32,000 bases of DNA from Halogeometricum borinquense DSM 11551 (GCF_000172995.2 NC_014731.1:150001-182000); one strand, 5' to 3'; positions 22,599-31,851 are shown, numbered from the stretch's first letter. Numbers and translations: made by a program. The notes: generated by a model not told the origin, from the letters alone.

Positions 22599-23343
22599 GG
22601 CACTGTCTAGTTAAGCCAGTTTGAGGAACGAGCAGGTCGTTGAGTTAGTTGGTCAAGATGCTCGCAGACCTGCTCAGCGAGTGCTTTGAGACGGATTATG
22701 AAGAAACTTGGGAGCGTGAGCGGACGGCGACACCCGTCAGGGTGTTCGCCGTCCAGCTCCACGCGACCGGGTGTTCGCTTAGAGAGACAAAAGAAATTCT
22801 TCGAATACTCGGCGTTGAACGCTCTCATCAAGCTGTTTGGCAGTGGGTACATCGACTGGCTGACAGCGGTCACAACCCGCCTGAGGCAACGCCGAAGCGG
22901 GTTGCGGTTGATGAGACCGCTGTCAAAATCAACGGTGAGTGGTCTTGGTTGTACGCCGCAATAGACATCGAGACGAAGCTGATTCTCGATGTCGAGTTGT
23001 TTGGACGGCATGGTACCGATCCGGCTGCTGCGTTTCTCCATCGACTTTCCGAGAAACATGATCTCTCAGATGCTGTGTTTCTGGTTGATGGCTATGGCTA
23101 TCAGACTGCCCTCTCTCGATTAGGATTGAGCGGTCGGCTTGACTACGTCGAGCGAAACCTCATCGAAAAATGGTTTCATACCCTCAAAATGCGAGTCGAC
23201 CGCTTCCATAATTCGTGGGTGGGCAGTCACGGAAGCGTCCGCGAGTGGTTCATACAATTTGCGCAATACTATAACTTTCAACGACCGCATCAATCGCTCA
23301 ACGGACGTACGCCGGTTGAGGAGGTCACTAACTAGACAGTGCC
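22599..23343 (+). mobile_element. Complete IS6-family insertion sequence (745 bp) with an 8-bp target site duplication
   Basis: The 15-bp perfect terminal IRs are GGCACTGTCTAGTTA (22599-22613) and its complement (23329-23343). The direct repeats GCCAATCC are at 22591-22598 and 23344-23351. The IR starts with GGCACTGT, as in IS26. Confidence 0.93.
22649..23335 (+). CDS. IS6-family DDE transposase
   Basis: 228 aa with an N-terminal HTH and DDE blocks VAVDETAVKING, FLVDGYGY and NLIEKWFHTLK. The stop codon lies inside the right IR. Confidence 0.9.
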   Translation: MVKMLADLLSECFETDYEETWERERTATPVRVFAVQLHATGCSLRETKEILRILGVERSHQAVWQWVHRLADSGHNPPEATPKRVAVDETAVKINGEWSWLYAAIDIETKLILDVELFGRHGTDPAAAFLHRLSEKHDLSDAVFLVDGYGYQTALSRLGLSGRLDYVERNLIEKWFHTLKMRVDRFHNSWVGSHGSVREWFIQFAQYYNFQRPHQSLNGRTPVEEVTN

Positions 23344-23524
23344 GCCAATCCGTTATTGTTCTCTTGGTTATCTCTGTTGTGCTATCTGTCTTTTCTACCT
23401 CGGCTATCTCTTCTGTCTCGTTCGTCACTGACCGCCGTACTATCTTGCTATTCAATCCTGTTGCTGACGATCAAACCGGGAACTTCTCGTATGCCTGATC
23501 AAGACCGCAGAAGCTTCCAAACTC

Positions 23525-23562
23525 GTTTTGCTAGCTTTGCTGGATTTTCTAGCTTTGCTGGG
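23525..23562. repeat. GTTTTGCTAG 10-mer plus related GCTTTGCTGG repeats
   Basis: The sequence gttttgctagctttgctggattttctagctttgctggg lies downstream of the 23589-24059 gene. Confidence 0.7.
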
Positions 23563-23588
23563 ACTCTAGGGTTTCCGATTTTTGTAGC

Positions 23589-24059
23589 TTATTGGTTTTC
23601 GTTGAGGCGGGCGCGAACGTCTTCCGGATCGAGTTCTTCGATGGCTTCCAGTCCCAGTGAGACGACGAGTGGGTAGAAGTGCCGGTTCTTCTCGAATCCT
23701 TCCTGATACTCGTACTCGTACTCGGCTTTCAGCATCGAGTACGCCCGATCTAAGTCCCGACGAACCGAGTGTGGGAGGTACATATACGTCGGCTTTTGCA
23801 CATCTTTGACGGATTCCTTCGGTTCGTCGGTCTCGTCCGTCGCTTCAGTCTCTTTTTTCTCTGCCGTTTCTTCTGTCTTTGCTGTCTCGTCCAGTTTTGC
23901 TGTCTCTGCTGCCTCTGCTGTCTTTGCTGATTCTCCCGTTTTGTCCGTCTCTTCGCTCTTATCCGTCTCTTCTGTCTCGTTGCTCTCGTCCGTCCGGGCT
24001 CGATCCCGAGCGCGTTGCCGTCGTCGCCGGAGTCGGTCTGCACGGTCTTCTCCGCTCAT
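23589..24059 (-). CDS. Acidic low-complexity protein translationally coupled to parA (candidate partition adaptor/centromere-binding protein)
   Basis: 156 aa from MSGEDR. Its ATG overlaps the parA stop (ATGA). It has a basic N-terminus (RLRRRRQRARDRAR), a Glu/Thr/Ala/Lys low-complexity middle and an ordered-looking C-terminal ~70 aa. No known motif was recognised. Confidence 0.6.
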   Translation of the reverse strand: MSGEDRADRLRRRRQRARDRARTDESNETEETDKSEETDKTGESAKTAEAAETAKLDETAKTEETAEKKETEATDETDEPKESVKDVQKPTYMYLPHSVRRDLDRAYSMLKAEYEYEYQEGFEKNRHFYPLVVSLGLEAIEELDPEDVRARLNENQ

Positions 24060-24877
24060 GCTTCGACCTCCACCGCCTCCAGATCGAACTGCTCGTCGAG
24101 GCCGGCGGCAATATCGCGGAACACCTCGCACATGTCACATTCGGGATTGAATTCGAGAAGCGACACGCCTGCATCCAGTGCTTTCTGTACATCTGCCCGT
24201 TCGCGTATCTGCCATACCGGCACGTCGTCGAATGCGGCGTTTATCCAATCGACCATCTCGCGGGCTTGCTTTTTCCGAACGTCGATGCGGTTGATGACGA
24301 CGCCTCGGTCCTTGATCTCTATCTCGTAGTCGTACTCCAACGCGTCTACGTGGTCGAACAGCAGTTCGAACGCACGCTTCGACGTGGATTCTGCGAGGGC
24401 GGGGATGAGGACGTTCTGGGTGGCAAAGAGGGCGTTATCCATCAGATTACCGAGATTCGGCGGGCAATCCACGATGACATAGTCGTAGTCGTCTTCGAGT
24501 TCTCGGAGGACCAACGACAGTTGTTCGCCGCTCCGACGCGAGAGCGTCAGTTCCGGTTCAGCGGCGGTCATGTCGATGTTCGAGGGGATAACGTCCATCT
24601 CCTCGTGTTCTCGAACTATCTCGGTCACTGACTCTCGCATCTCTGGGTCCGTGAGGCAGTCGAACAACGTCGGCGGTTCGTCGTCGTAGGCCTCCATCAG
24701 CCCGAGATTTTCCGTCGCGTTCCCCTGGGGGTCCAAATCAACGAACAAAACGTCGTGTCCTCGTTCGTTTATCGCACCTGCGACGTTGATGGCGATTGTC
24801 GTCTTCCCGACGCCGCCCTTCTGGTTCGAGATACAGAGTTTTGCTGGACCGGTCATACTGCACGGCTTGTCCATCAA
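24056..24877 (-). CDS. parA: ParA/Soj-family partition ATPase
   Basis: The deviant Walker A motif NQKGGVGKTT is present, with DLDPQGN and VIVDCPP. An alternative start (MTGPAK) is at 24856. Confidence 0.9.
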   Translation of the reverse strand: MMDKPCSMTGPAKLCISNQKGGVGKTTIAINVAGAINERGHDVLFVDLDPQGNATENLGLMEAYDDEPPTLFDCLTDPEMRESVTEIVREHEEMDVIPSNIDMTAAEPELTLSRRSGEQLSLVLRELEDDYDYVIVDCPPNLGNLMDNALFATQNVLIPALAESTSKRAFELLFDHVDALEYDYEIEIKDRGVVINRIDVRKKQAREMVDWINAAFDDVPVWQIRERADVQKALDAGVSLLEFNPECDMCEVFRDIAAGLDEQFDLEAVEVEA

Positions 24878-24900
24878 AACTTATACTTTCCGACAAAGTT

Positions 24901-24920
24901 GTTTTTGCCAGTTTTGCTGT
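24901..24920. promoter_or_regulatory. Degenerate GTTTTGC direct repeats just upstream of parA
   Basis: gtttttgccagttttgctgt lies 24-43 nt upstream of the longest parA start. Confidence 0.4.
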
Positions 24921-25032
24921 CTTGTCTTCGTTGTAACCGAGCAAATAGATCAGTCATACCCTCGATCTGAGGATATTGCTGTCCGAACGGCATCCGTCGC
25001 TAACCGCAGCGATTCATGGCTCACGCACGAAC

Positions 25033-25062
25033 GTTTTGCTAGTTTTGGTCGTTTTGCCTACC
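25033..25062. repeat. GTTTTGCTAG 10-mer followed by two degenerate copies
   Basis: gttttgctagttttggtcgttttgcctacc lies between parA and the PNPOx-like gene. Confidence 0.7.
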
Positions 25063-25065
25063 GAC

Positions 25066-25536
25066 TTACTTGCCCGTTTTCCGTCCCGTGACTGACGAGA
25101 TCTCCATCTCGAACAGCGTGAGTTCGATTTCGTCGATGGCTTCATCGAACACACGGAACGACCCGAACCAGTCATTGATCGTGGCGGCATCGAACTCTTT
25201 GCGTTCGTCACCGGACAGTTCGCTGAGCGTTCCTGTCACGAGGATGCTCCACGAGTCGTCTCCATCAACGCCGAAGAGAACGAAACACGCTTCTTTCGTC
25301 GTCTCCACGAATTCCAGTTTCTTGCTGTGGTCGTCGTCTCCGAGTCGGAAGAACAGCGACTCGCCGTCGTAGTGGTGGGAGACGGGCACGCCGTACGCCC
25401 TTCCCTCGTCTGCCAGCGATAACACTCCTGCAGTCTCCGTTTGGAGACGCTTCTCTATCTCTTCGTCTGTCATCCCGAGCGTGTACACGAATTCGATGTG
25501 GTCCATCGCTTCCGGTACATACGTTGCCGGGGTCAA
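25066..25536 (-). CDS. Pyridoxamine 5-prime-phosphate oxidase-like (FMN-binding split-barrel) family protein
   Basis: 156 aa. The overall pattern (GVLSLADEGRAYGVPVSHHYDGESLFFRL...) resembles haloarchaeal PNPOx-family proteins. This rests on recognition only. Confidence 0.5.
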   Translation of the reverse strand: MTPATYVPEAMDHIEFVYTLGMTDEEIEKRLQTETAGVLSLADEGRAYGVPVSHHYDGESLFFRLGDDDHSKKLEFVETTKEACFVLFGVDGDDSWSILVTGTLSELSGDERKEFDAATINDWFGSFRVFDEAIDEIELTLFEMEISSVTGRKTGK

Positions 25537-25702
25537 TCAATCAGTACGTATCGGGTGGGATGGAGTTTCGTCTTCTCTCCGCTCATTCTGTCTCGCCCCG
25601 CCTCATCTCCGCTTTCGTCTTTCTGTTTCGTTCAGTCAACTGATTGTAACCAGCGAAAATGCCATTGACTCGCTCACTCATAGTTTACTCAGGCGGATTC
25701 AC

Positions 25703-28450
25703 GTGTCCAGTTCCACAAGCCAGTTCGTCGTTCCGCTCGATGGGTCGATCACCGACCCCGCACTCGTCGGCGGAAAAGGTGCGAACCTCGCCCGTCTCGT
25801 TGATGCGGGCGTTTCCACCCCTCCGGCTCTGTGTATAACGACGGAAACGTACCGTGTGCTCTCATCAGATAAAACTAGCAAAACTCTCTTTGAGAGATTG
25901 GACAGTTTGGACAAAAAAGAGATGGAGGAAGCGACGGATCTCGCCGCCGAACTTCGGAATCACCTTCGAGACAGGCCGATTGCGGACGTGATACGAGACA
26001 AACTTACTGAGACACTGGACGAGGAGACACCCTACGCGATCCGGTCGTCCGCGACAGCAGAGGACCTTCCACATGCCTCGTTCGCGGGACAGCATGACTC
26101 GTATCTCAACGTTTGCGGCATCGACGCCGTGATCGAAGCCGTGCGCGACTGCATGGCGAGTCTGTTCACCGACCGCGCTGTCAGCTACCGGACGAAAAAC
26201 GGTATTTCGCACCGAACGGTAGCCAACGCAGTCGTCGTACAGGAGATGGTTGACGCCGACGCCGCGGGTGTCTTATTCACCGCCGATCCCGACTCGGGAA
26301 ATCGGACTGTCGCTGTCATCGAAGCGAATTTCGGCCTCGGCGAATCGGTTGTCGCCGGCGACGTGGAACCGGACGCCGTTCGCGTAGACCGGCCGACGAC
26401 CGAAATACGCTCGTACCGCGTCGGAACGAAGGCCGTTTCGATCCGGCCGCACGACGATGGCGGCACAGAGGCAGTCGAACTTGACACCGACAGCAATGCG
26501 CGTGTCCTCCGCACAGCACAGGTCAAAACGCTCGTCGCTCTCGGTGACCGAGTTGAGACGCTGTTCGACCGGCCACAGGATATCGAGTGGGCACTCGTGG
26601 ATGGGGAGTTCGTCGTCCTGCAGGCACGGCCGATATCGTCGCTCTTTCCGACACCGACGCCGGAACCGTCGGACGACCGACTGCACGTTTACGTGAGCAT
26701 GGGACACATGCAGGCGTTCCCCGAGGCGTTGCCGCCACTCGTCCGCGACGTGTGGATCGGCTACGCGAACACGATTCTAGATGCGTTCGGACTGGATCCG
26801 ACGGCATCGACGTTCGCCGCCGAAGCGGGCGGCCGCATCTTCATGGACTTCACGCCGATACTCCGTCTCCCGCTTCTCCGCGATGTGGTCGTAAACAGAC
26901 TCGAAGCGGTGAACGAACCGGTTGCTGCGGGGCTTCGTGACTTGTTGGCGCGGCGGCCCGAGGCGTTCCGTCCTGAACTCCCGTCGCCTTCGAGACTTCC
27001 CGTTCTCGCTCAGGTTGCGTGGACGACTGCGAAGCTCCTCGGGTCGGTTCTCCCGGCCACGTTGGTGAGTTTTCTCGCGTCGTTCGTCGGCGAACCGACT
27101 CCCCCGGAGCGGCACGAACAGCGGTTCGTCGCAGTCGGAACACGGCTAGCGGCGGGTGTTCGTGAACAACCGACTCCCGATGCTCGGGCGCGCGCCGCGT
27201 CGCGTTCGCTGTCTATTCCGGAGTTACTCGCCGACGTCTATCCGCGAATCGGCCCACTCATCGCGGCGTTCGTCATCGGCGGGTGGCTTCAGCGCCGGTT
27301 CCCCGATGCGAGAGAGGATGTGGACGCTATCGGCAAAGGATTCGAGCGTGAACTCGTCACGCGACTCAACCTCGGACTCGGTGACCTTGCTGACGTTGCC
27401 CGCACCCATCCTGAGGTGGCTGACGCAATCCGTGACGGGAAGCCGATTGATGAGGTGAGCGCCGTTGACGGCGGCGACACGTTCGCCGAGGCGTTCGACG
27501 CCTATCTCGATGAATTCGGTCATCGTGCGACGGGCGAACTCGACTTGAGCCGTCCGCGGTGGCACGAGGACCCCGCGACACTTCTCGGCGCGATTCGGGC
27601 CAACCTCGCTACCGAAGAGGCAGGCGAGCACCGTGACCGACTCCGGCGACTCACTGACGAAGCGGAGGCGGCGGTCGATAGGCTCGCAAAACGAGCGAAC
27701 CATGGCCTCCTCGGCCCGATCAGAGCGAGAATTGTCCGCCGGCTGATTCGGCGGTATCGCGCGTACATCCAGATACGGGAGTATCCGAAGCACGGAATCG
27801 CACACCTGTTCGACGCGTGGCGCGAGGCGTATCTGCAGGCCGGGAAAACGCTCTCCGCTCGCGGTGTCCTCACGGACGCCGACGACGTGTGGTTCCTTCG
27901 GCGAACGGAGTTGTTCGATGCGCTCGGCGGCGGTGAACCCGACGGCGACACATCCGATGGGGACACACTCGACGGCGACATATCGAACGACGACGCTCTC
28001 AACGTGGACATCGACGCGCGCCGAGCGGAGTTCCACCGCCACGCACAGATGGACGCACCACCCGTGCAGACGAGTGAAGGCGAGATTCCCCGCATCGAAC
28101 CTGATCGGAGCGGACTCCCTGCGGATGCGCTCGTCGGAACTGGCGTCTCATCCGGTGTCGTTGAAGGCGTTGCACGCGTCGTCTTCGATCCGACCGAGGC
28201 GACGGTCGAACGAGGCGAGATTCTCGTCGCGCCGTCGTCCGACCCCGGGTGGACGCCGCTGTTCTTGAACGCCGCTGGAATGGTTGTTGAGGTCGGCGGC
28301 CGTATCAGCCACGGTGCGCTCGTTGCCCGCGAGTACGGTCTGCCCGCCGTCGTCTCGGTCGCAGAGGCAACAGATCGTATCCAAACGGGGCAACGTGTTC
28401 GCATCGACGGAACGCGCGGTATCGTCGAAATTCTGGACGACGGAAAGTAA
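25703..28450 (+). CDS. PEP-utilising enzyme with rifampicin-phosphotransferase-like architecture (ATP-grasp PPDK_N domain, long helical middle, C-terminal swivel His domain)
   Basis: Present are LVGGKGANLARL, IRSSATAEDLPHASFAGQHDSYLNV, VVVQEMVDADAAGVLFTADP and QDIEWALVDGEFVVLQARPI. The C-terminal mobile domain has VGGRISHGALVAREYGLPAV. A GTG start at 25703 is inferred, since the only in-frame ATGs upstream overlap the divergent gene. Confidence 0.8.
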   Translation: MSSSTSQFVVPLDGSITDPALVGGKGANLARLVDAGVSTPPALCITTETYRVLSSDKTSKTLFERLDSLDKKEMEEATDLAAELRNHLRDRPIADVIRDKLTETLDEETPYAIRSSATAEDLPHASFAGQHDSYLNVCGIDAVIEAVRDCMASLFTDRAVSYRTKNGISHRTVANAVVVQEMVDADAAGVLFTADPDSGNRTVAVIEANFGLGESVVAGDVEPDAVRVDRPTTEIRSYRVGTKAVSIRPHDDGGTEAVELDTDSNARVLRTAQVKTLVALGDRVETLFDRPQDIEWALVDGEFVVLQARPISSLFPTPTPEPSDDRLHVYVSMGHMQAFPEALPPLVRDVWIGYANTILDAFGLDPTASTFAAEAGGRIFMDFTPILRLPLLRDVVVNRLEAVNEPVAAGLRDLLARRPEAFRPELPSPSRLPVLAQVAWTTAKLLGSVLPATLVSFLASFVGEPTPPERHEQRFVAVGTRLAAGVREQPTPDARARAASRSLSIPELLADVYPRIGPLIAAFVIGGWLQRRFPDAREDVDAIGKGFERELVTRLNLGLGDLADVARTHPEVADAIRDGKPIDEVSAVDGGDTFAEAFDAYLDEFGHRATGELDLSRPRWHEDPATLLGAIRANLATEEAGEHRDRLRRLTDEAEAAVDRLAKRANHGLLGPIRARIVRRLIRRYRAYIQIREYPKHGIAHLFDAWREAYLQAGKTLSARGVLTDADDVWFLRRTELFDALGGGEPDGDTSDGDTLDGDISNDDALNVDIDARRAEFHRHAQMDAPPVQTSEGEIPRIEPDRSGLPADALVGTGVSSGVVEGVARVVFDPTEATVERGEILVAPSSDPGWTPLFLNAAGMVVEVGGRISHGALVAREYGLPAVVSVAEATDRIQTGQRVRIDGTRGIVEILDDGK

Positions 28451-28456
28451 CCGCCG

Positions 28457-30361
28457 TCAGACCGCGAGCAGGTTCCAGTAGTGCAACAGCCAGTAGATGA
28501 CACCAGTCGCGGCGACGACGAGGCTGTAGTGGACGCGGGACACGAGCGACCACTCCCCGTCGTACCACGCTCGTGCGCCGAACCCGGCTGCCACGAGCGT
28601 CACAATTGCGCCGACGGTCGGCACGACGAACACAGCGTCGAACCACGCAGGTGGCCGGTTGTACAGCGTCGGACGGTCCATCCCCGACACGACAATGGAA
28701 CTCGCCGCTAGCGCAGCCACGAACAGTACCAGCCCACCGATCCCGGCCGCGGCGGTCCATCGCGCCCGTGTTGCCGACGGTGGCGGTGCTGTGCCGCCAC
28801 GGACGTGACGCCATGCTCGCGCTGCAGGCCACCATAGTAGCCCGGTTAGTGTGGTCACCGTCGCCACGGCCGCGAGCCAGCCCTGCACGGACAACTGCTG
28901 GAGATATCCGATCTGTTCGTATGCACCGAGTCCCTGCAACAGATGCGTTATTTCCCCGTCCTCGGTTCTGAACAGTATTTTCTCGTCTTTTTCGACGTGT
29001 TCGAACAGGAGCGGTTCGATTTCGACCCACTCGTCTACGCTGTCGCCCTGTTCGGTGATGACGCGGCCGTCGTCAGCGACACGGACATCTACCGGTTGTC
29101 GCTTGAGGTAGCCGAAGATGGCTTTGTCCTTGGCGGTCTTGTCGGTCACGCTCACGGAGCGATAGCGCCCGCCGAGTTCATCCGCACGTTCCGGCATTCC
29201 CGAAGGGGTGAGCTGTTTTTCGTCCGTCTCGACCGGTGCGAACCGTTCGAGCAATACATCGACTACCTCATTATTGGCGCTCGACGCCTCGGTACCGTGG
29301 GCGACGACGAACAACCCGGTGCCGTCCTCGGGAATCAGCGAAAATTCGCAGGCGAAATCCATCACTGCACCGCTGTGTCCCACTAGTCGGGTGTCGCCAC
29401 GGGACTCCTCGAACAGACCGAATGCCATCCCGTCGAATCGCTCGTGCGGCGTGTACCACTGCTTGTGCATCTCTTCGACAGCGTCCGCAGAGAGGATTCG
29501 CTCGCCGTCTACGACGCCGTCGTTCAGGTGGGCCTGTAGCAGACGCGCCATGTCGTTTCCGGTCGTGTGCAGTCCGGATGCCGGAGCAACGTCGGAGTAG
29601 AAACTCACCGTATCCTTGACGGCCTTTCCGCTGGCCGGGACAAGTTTCGACGGTGCCGGTCGGAACGTACTGTTCGTCATCCCGAGCGGTTCGAACACGT
29701 GCTTTGTGACGTACGATCCAAACTGCTGTCCGCTCACGTCAGCGACCAACTGCCCCGCGAGTGCGGCGGCATAGTTGGTGTACTGGCAGAGTTCACCGGG
29801 TGGTCTGACCCGCCCCGGTACGTTCGTCGAAACAGATTCGGCTAACGGGCGGACGTATTGTGGTTTGTTGACCGTGTCGCCCCATCCGCGAAGTTCGAAT
29901 CCGGGTGTGTGGGTTGCGAGATGTTCGAGCGTGATGGGTTCGTCGTACGTCTGCGGGATTTCGACGGCGTCGAGGGAGTCGTTGACCGGTGCGTCTACCT
30001 CGACTTTGTCTCGGTCCACGAGTTGCATCGCGGCCGTCCACGTGGCGACTTTCGACACCGATCCGACGCGAAAGAGCGTCTCGTCGGGTTTGACTGGGAC
30101 TGATTCGCTTTGGTACGCGTGTCCGTATCCCTCTGTGAGCGCGACTTCCCCGTCCTTGACGACGGCGACTGTCAAGCCGCCAGCGTCGTAGTTCGACAGG
30201 GCACGCTCGGCAGCGTCGCTGACAACCGATTCGAGGCTGTCATCCCGTGTCTGTGTCGCTGATGATTCGCCGCTCGCTAGACCGCTGGCAGCGACGACGG
30301 TACCGGCACCGACCGCAGTCGACCGCGATAGGAACTGTCGCCGTGATAGTGGGGATGTCAT
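28457..30361 (-). CDS. Serine hydrolase (beta-lactamase/PBP4*-like family) with a Tat signal and a C-terminal 4-TM domain
   Basis: The signal is SRRQFLSRSTAVGAGTVVAAS. Active-site motifs are SxxK (GSVSKV), YxN (YTNY) and HSG (VGHSGA). The last ~150 aa contain four hydrophobic helices. Confidence 0.8.
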   Translation of the reverse strand: MTSPLSRRQFLSRSTAVGAGTVVAASGLASGESSATQTRDDSLESVVSDAAERALSNYDAGGLTVAVVKDGEVALTEGYGHAYQSESVPVKPDETLFRVGSVSKVATWTAAMQLVDRDKVEVDAPVNDSLDAVEIPQTYDEPITLEHLATHTPGFELRGWGDTVNKPQYVRPLAESVSTNVPGRVRPPGELCQYTNYAAALAGQLVADVSGQQFGSYVTKHVFEPLGMTNSTFRPAPSKLVPASGKAVKDTVSFYSDVAPASGLHTTGNDMARLLQAHLNDGVVDGERILSADAVEEMHKQWYTPHERFDGMAFGLFEESRGDTRLVGHSGAVMDFACEFSLIPEDGTGLFVVAHGTEASSANNEVVDVLLERFAPVETDEKQLTPSGMPERADELGGRYRSVSVTDKTAKDKAIFGYLKRQPVDVRVADDGRVITEQGDSVDEWVEIEPLLFEHVEKDEKILFRTEDGEITHLLQGLGAYEQIGYLQQLSVQGWLAAVATVTTLTGLLWWPAARAWRHVRGGTAPPPSATRARWTAAAGIGGLVLFVAALAASSIVVSGMDRPTLYNRPPAWFDAVFVVPTVGAIVTLVAAGFGARAWYDGEWSLVSRVHYSLVVAATGVIYWLLHYWNLLAV

Positions 30362-30664
30362 CGATTGGAGACCTGCACTGAAACTACCGTGTGCATCGTA
30401 CGATGGGGAGACTATCCGTTTCGACAGTCTGACGAGATATCCTGCACACTCGCCGTGCGACTGTCTGGGCCGATTTGATTGGAGGTATTCGCATCTTAAT
30501 GACTATTCTTTGTCACTACCGACAGATAAGCTCCTCTATCGTGTTAGATCATATATCAATAAGTCCCCCTGTGTGGAACTTCTGTGAGCCAGTTCGAGCG
30601 CCTTCACTTCGCACCGACTCTCGTCGGTGATGCCTCTCGGAGGCGTTTGGGCATTGAGACTCGA

Positions 30665-31516
30665 TCAGTTTTTCGGCGCGAGCAGTTCGCCCAGCCAGCG
30701 GTCGAGTCGAGAAGCGTCTACATCACCGCTTCGGACGGTAACGACAGTGTTCTCACAGAGCGATTGGACCACTTCGGTCGTCGAACCATCGACGAACTCT
30801 CGGAGGCGACTCTTTTGGGGTGCGGCGATCACCGTCGCATCGTAGTACGAAGACTGGTCAACGATTGCTTGGGCGGGTGACCACCCCTCGTAGCGCCAGG
30901 TGTCGAACTCGTCGAAGTCGCCCAAGTGATTTGTGCAGTACTCGAATAGTGCATCAGTCTCACTACGTGATTCGTCGTTATCGACGACATGAAAGAAATC
31001 AATCCACGCGTCGTGTGTTTCGCCGATAACGCGTGCGATGTTGAGCGTCGTATCGAGATGTGGTCCTCGTGCCACTGGTACGAGACAGGATGAGAGACTC
31101 GCGACTTCGTTGCCGGGTGTCACTGTGACGTGGTTGCTTTCCGTCGTCAACGCGAATTCGCCGCCACCGAGGGTGGACCGGTGGTCGCGGATGTCGAAAA
31201 TCGTGGTGATGTCGAAGCGGTTCACCACGTCTTGGACCCATTCGGTCGTTATCGTTGCTGGACGTTCGAGAAAGCGCGTCTCGTACTCGACCGATACGTC
31301 GGCCGATTCGGGCTTCAGTGCTTGAGCGGCGGTGGTATTGTCAACGGGGACGACGAATCGGCCGCCGTCAGCGAGCGTCGCGGCGACCTGTACGAACTGA
31401 TTATCGACGGGTATCTCCGCATCAAAGAGACAGAGAACTCGCTCGACGGACGCTTCGCGCCAACCGTCCGAAGAGGTGCCCTTGGAGCTTTTGCCCTCTG
31501 TGAGACGGCTAAGCAT
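30665..31516 (-). CDS. Hypothetical protein, possibly a tandem universal-stress-protein (USP)-like fold
   Basis: 283-aa acidic ORF. The C-terminal half (CLVPVARGPHLDT...YDATVIAAPQKSRLREFVDGSTTEVVQSLCENTVVTVR) resembles USP domains. The N-terminal half is degenerate. Confidence 0.45.
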   Translation of the reverse strand: MLSRLTEGKSSKGTSSDGWREASVERVLCLFDAEIPVDNQFVQVAATLADGGRFVVPVDNTTAAQALKPESADVSVEYETRFLERPATITTEWVQDVVNRFDITTIFDIRDHRSTLGGGEFALTTESNHVTVTPGNEVASLSSCLVPVARGPHLDTTLNIARVIGETHDAWIDFFHVVDNDESRSETDALFEYCTNHLGDFDEFDTWRYEGWSPAQAIVDQSSYYDATVIAAPQKSRLREFVDGSTTEVVQSLCENTVVTVRSGDVDASRLDRWLGELLAPKN

Positions 31517-31581
31517 GGCCGATGCTTGTTTCGGGAGCTAATAAATCCCCTTCTCTGTTAATGCGGTCAAATACGGTCATC

Positions 31582-31821
31582 TCAGTACTTAAAATCGGAT
31601 TTAAGCCATCGTGCTCGGATAACACGCTCCGCTTTTTCGTCCCCGACCCGGTCCACCCACGTTTCGGCGTCCGGCCTCGAACAGGAGCGAATCTCCATGA
31701 GCGCAGCAACGAGATCAGAGTACGGACGCGGGTCTACCGGTTCCTCGGTCAGGTCTAACTCGTCTATGTTCGGTACGGGAACTGTCACGGATACTCTATT
31801 CGCTCGATACGCAACAGTCAT
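31582..31821 (-). CDS. Small hypothetical protein
   Basis: 79-aa acidic ORF with the GTTTTGCTAG motif 31 nt upstream of its start. No motif was recognised. Confidence 0.4.
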   Translation of the reverse strand: MTVAYRANRVSVTVPVPNIDELDLTEEPVDPRPYSDLVAALMEIRSCSRPDAETWVDRVGDEKAERVIRARWLKSDFKY

Positions 31822-31851
31822 TCGGCCGTCTTCTCAAAGATATTAAAGACA

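Noticed and set aside
22607-23059. 150-aa ORF antisense to the IS6 transposase gene
   Set aside because: It lies entirely within and opposite to the transposase gene, which has clear DDE motifs. No IS6-family element is known to need such a gene.
30584-30880. 98-aa ORF (+) overlapping the 3-prime end of the USP-like gene
   Set aside because: It is antisense to a longer, acidic ORF and is Arg-rich with no motif. The nearby 7-bp hairpin (30612-30629) is more likely the transcript end of the minus-strand gene.
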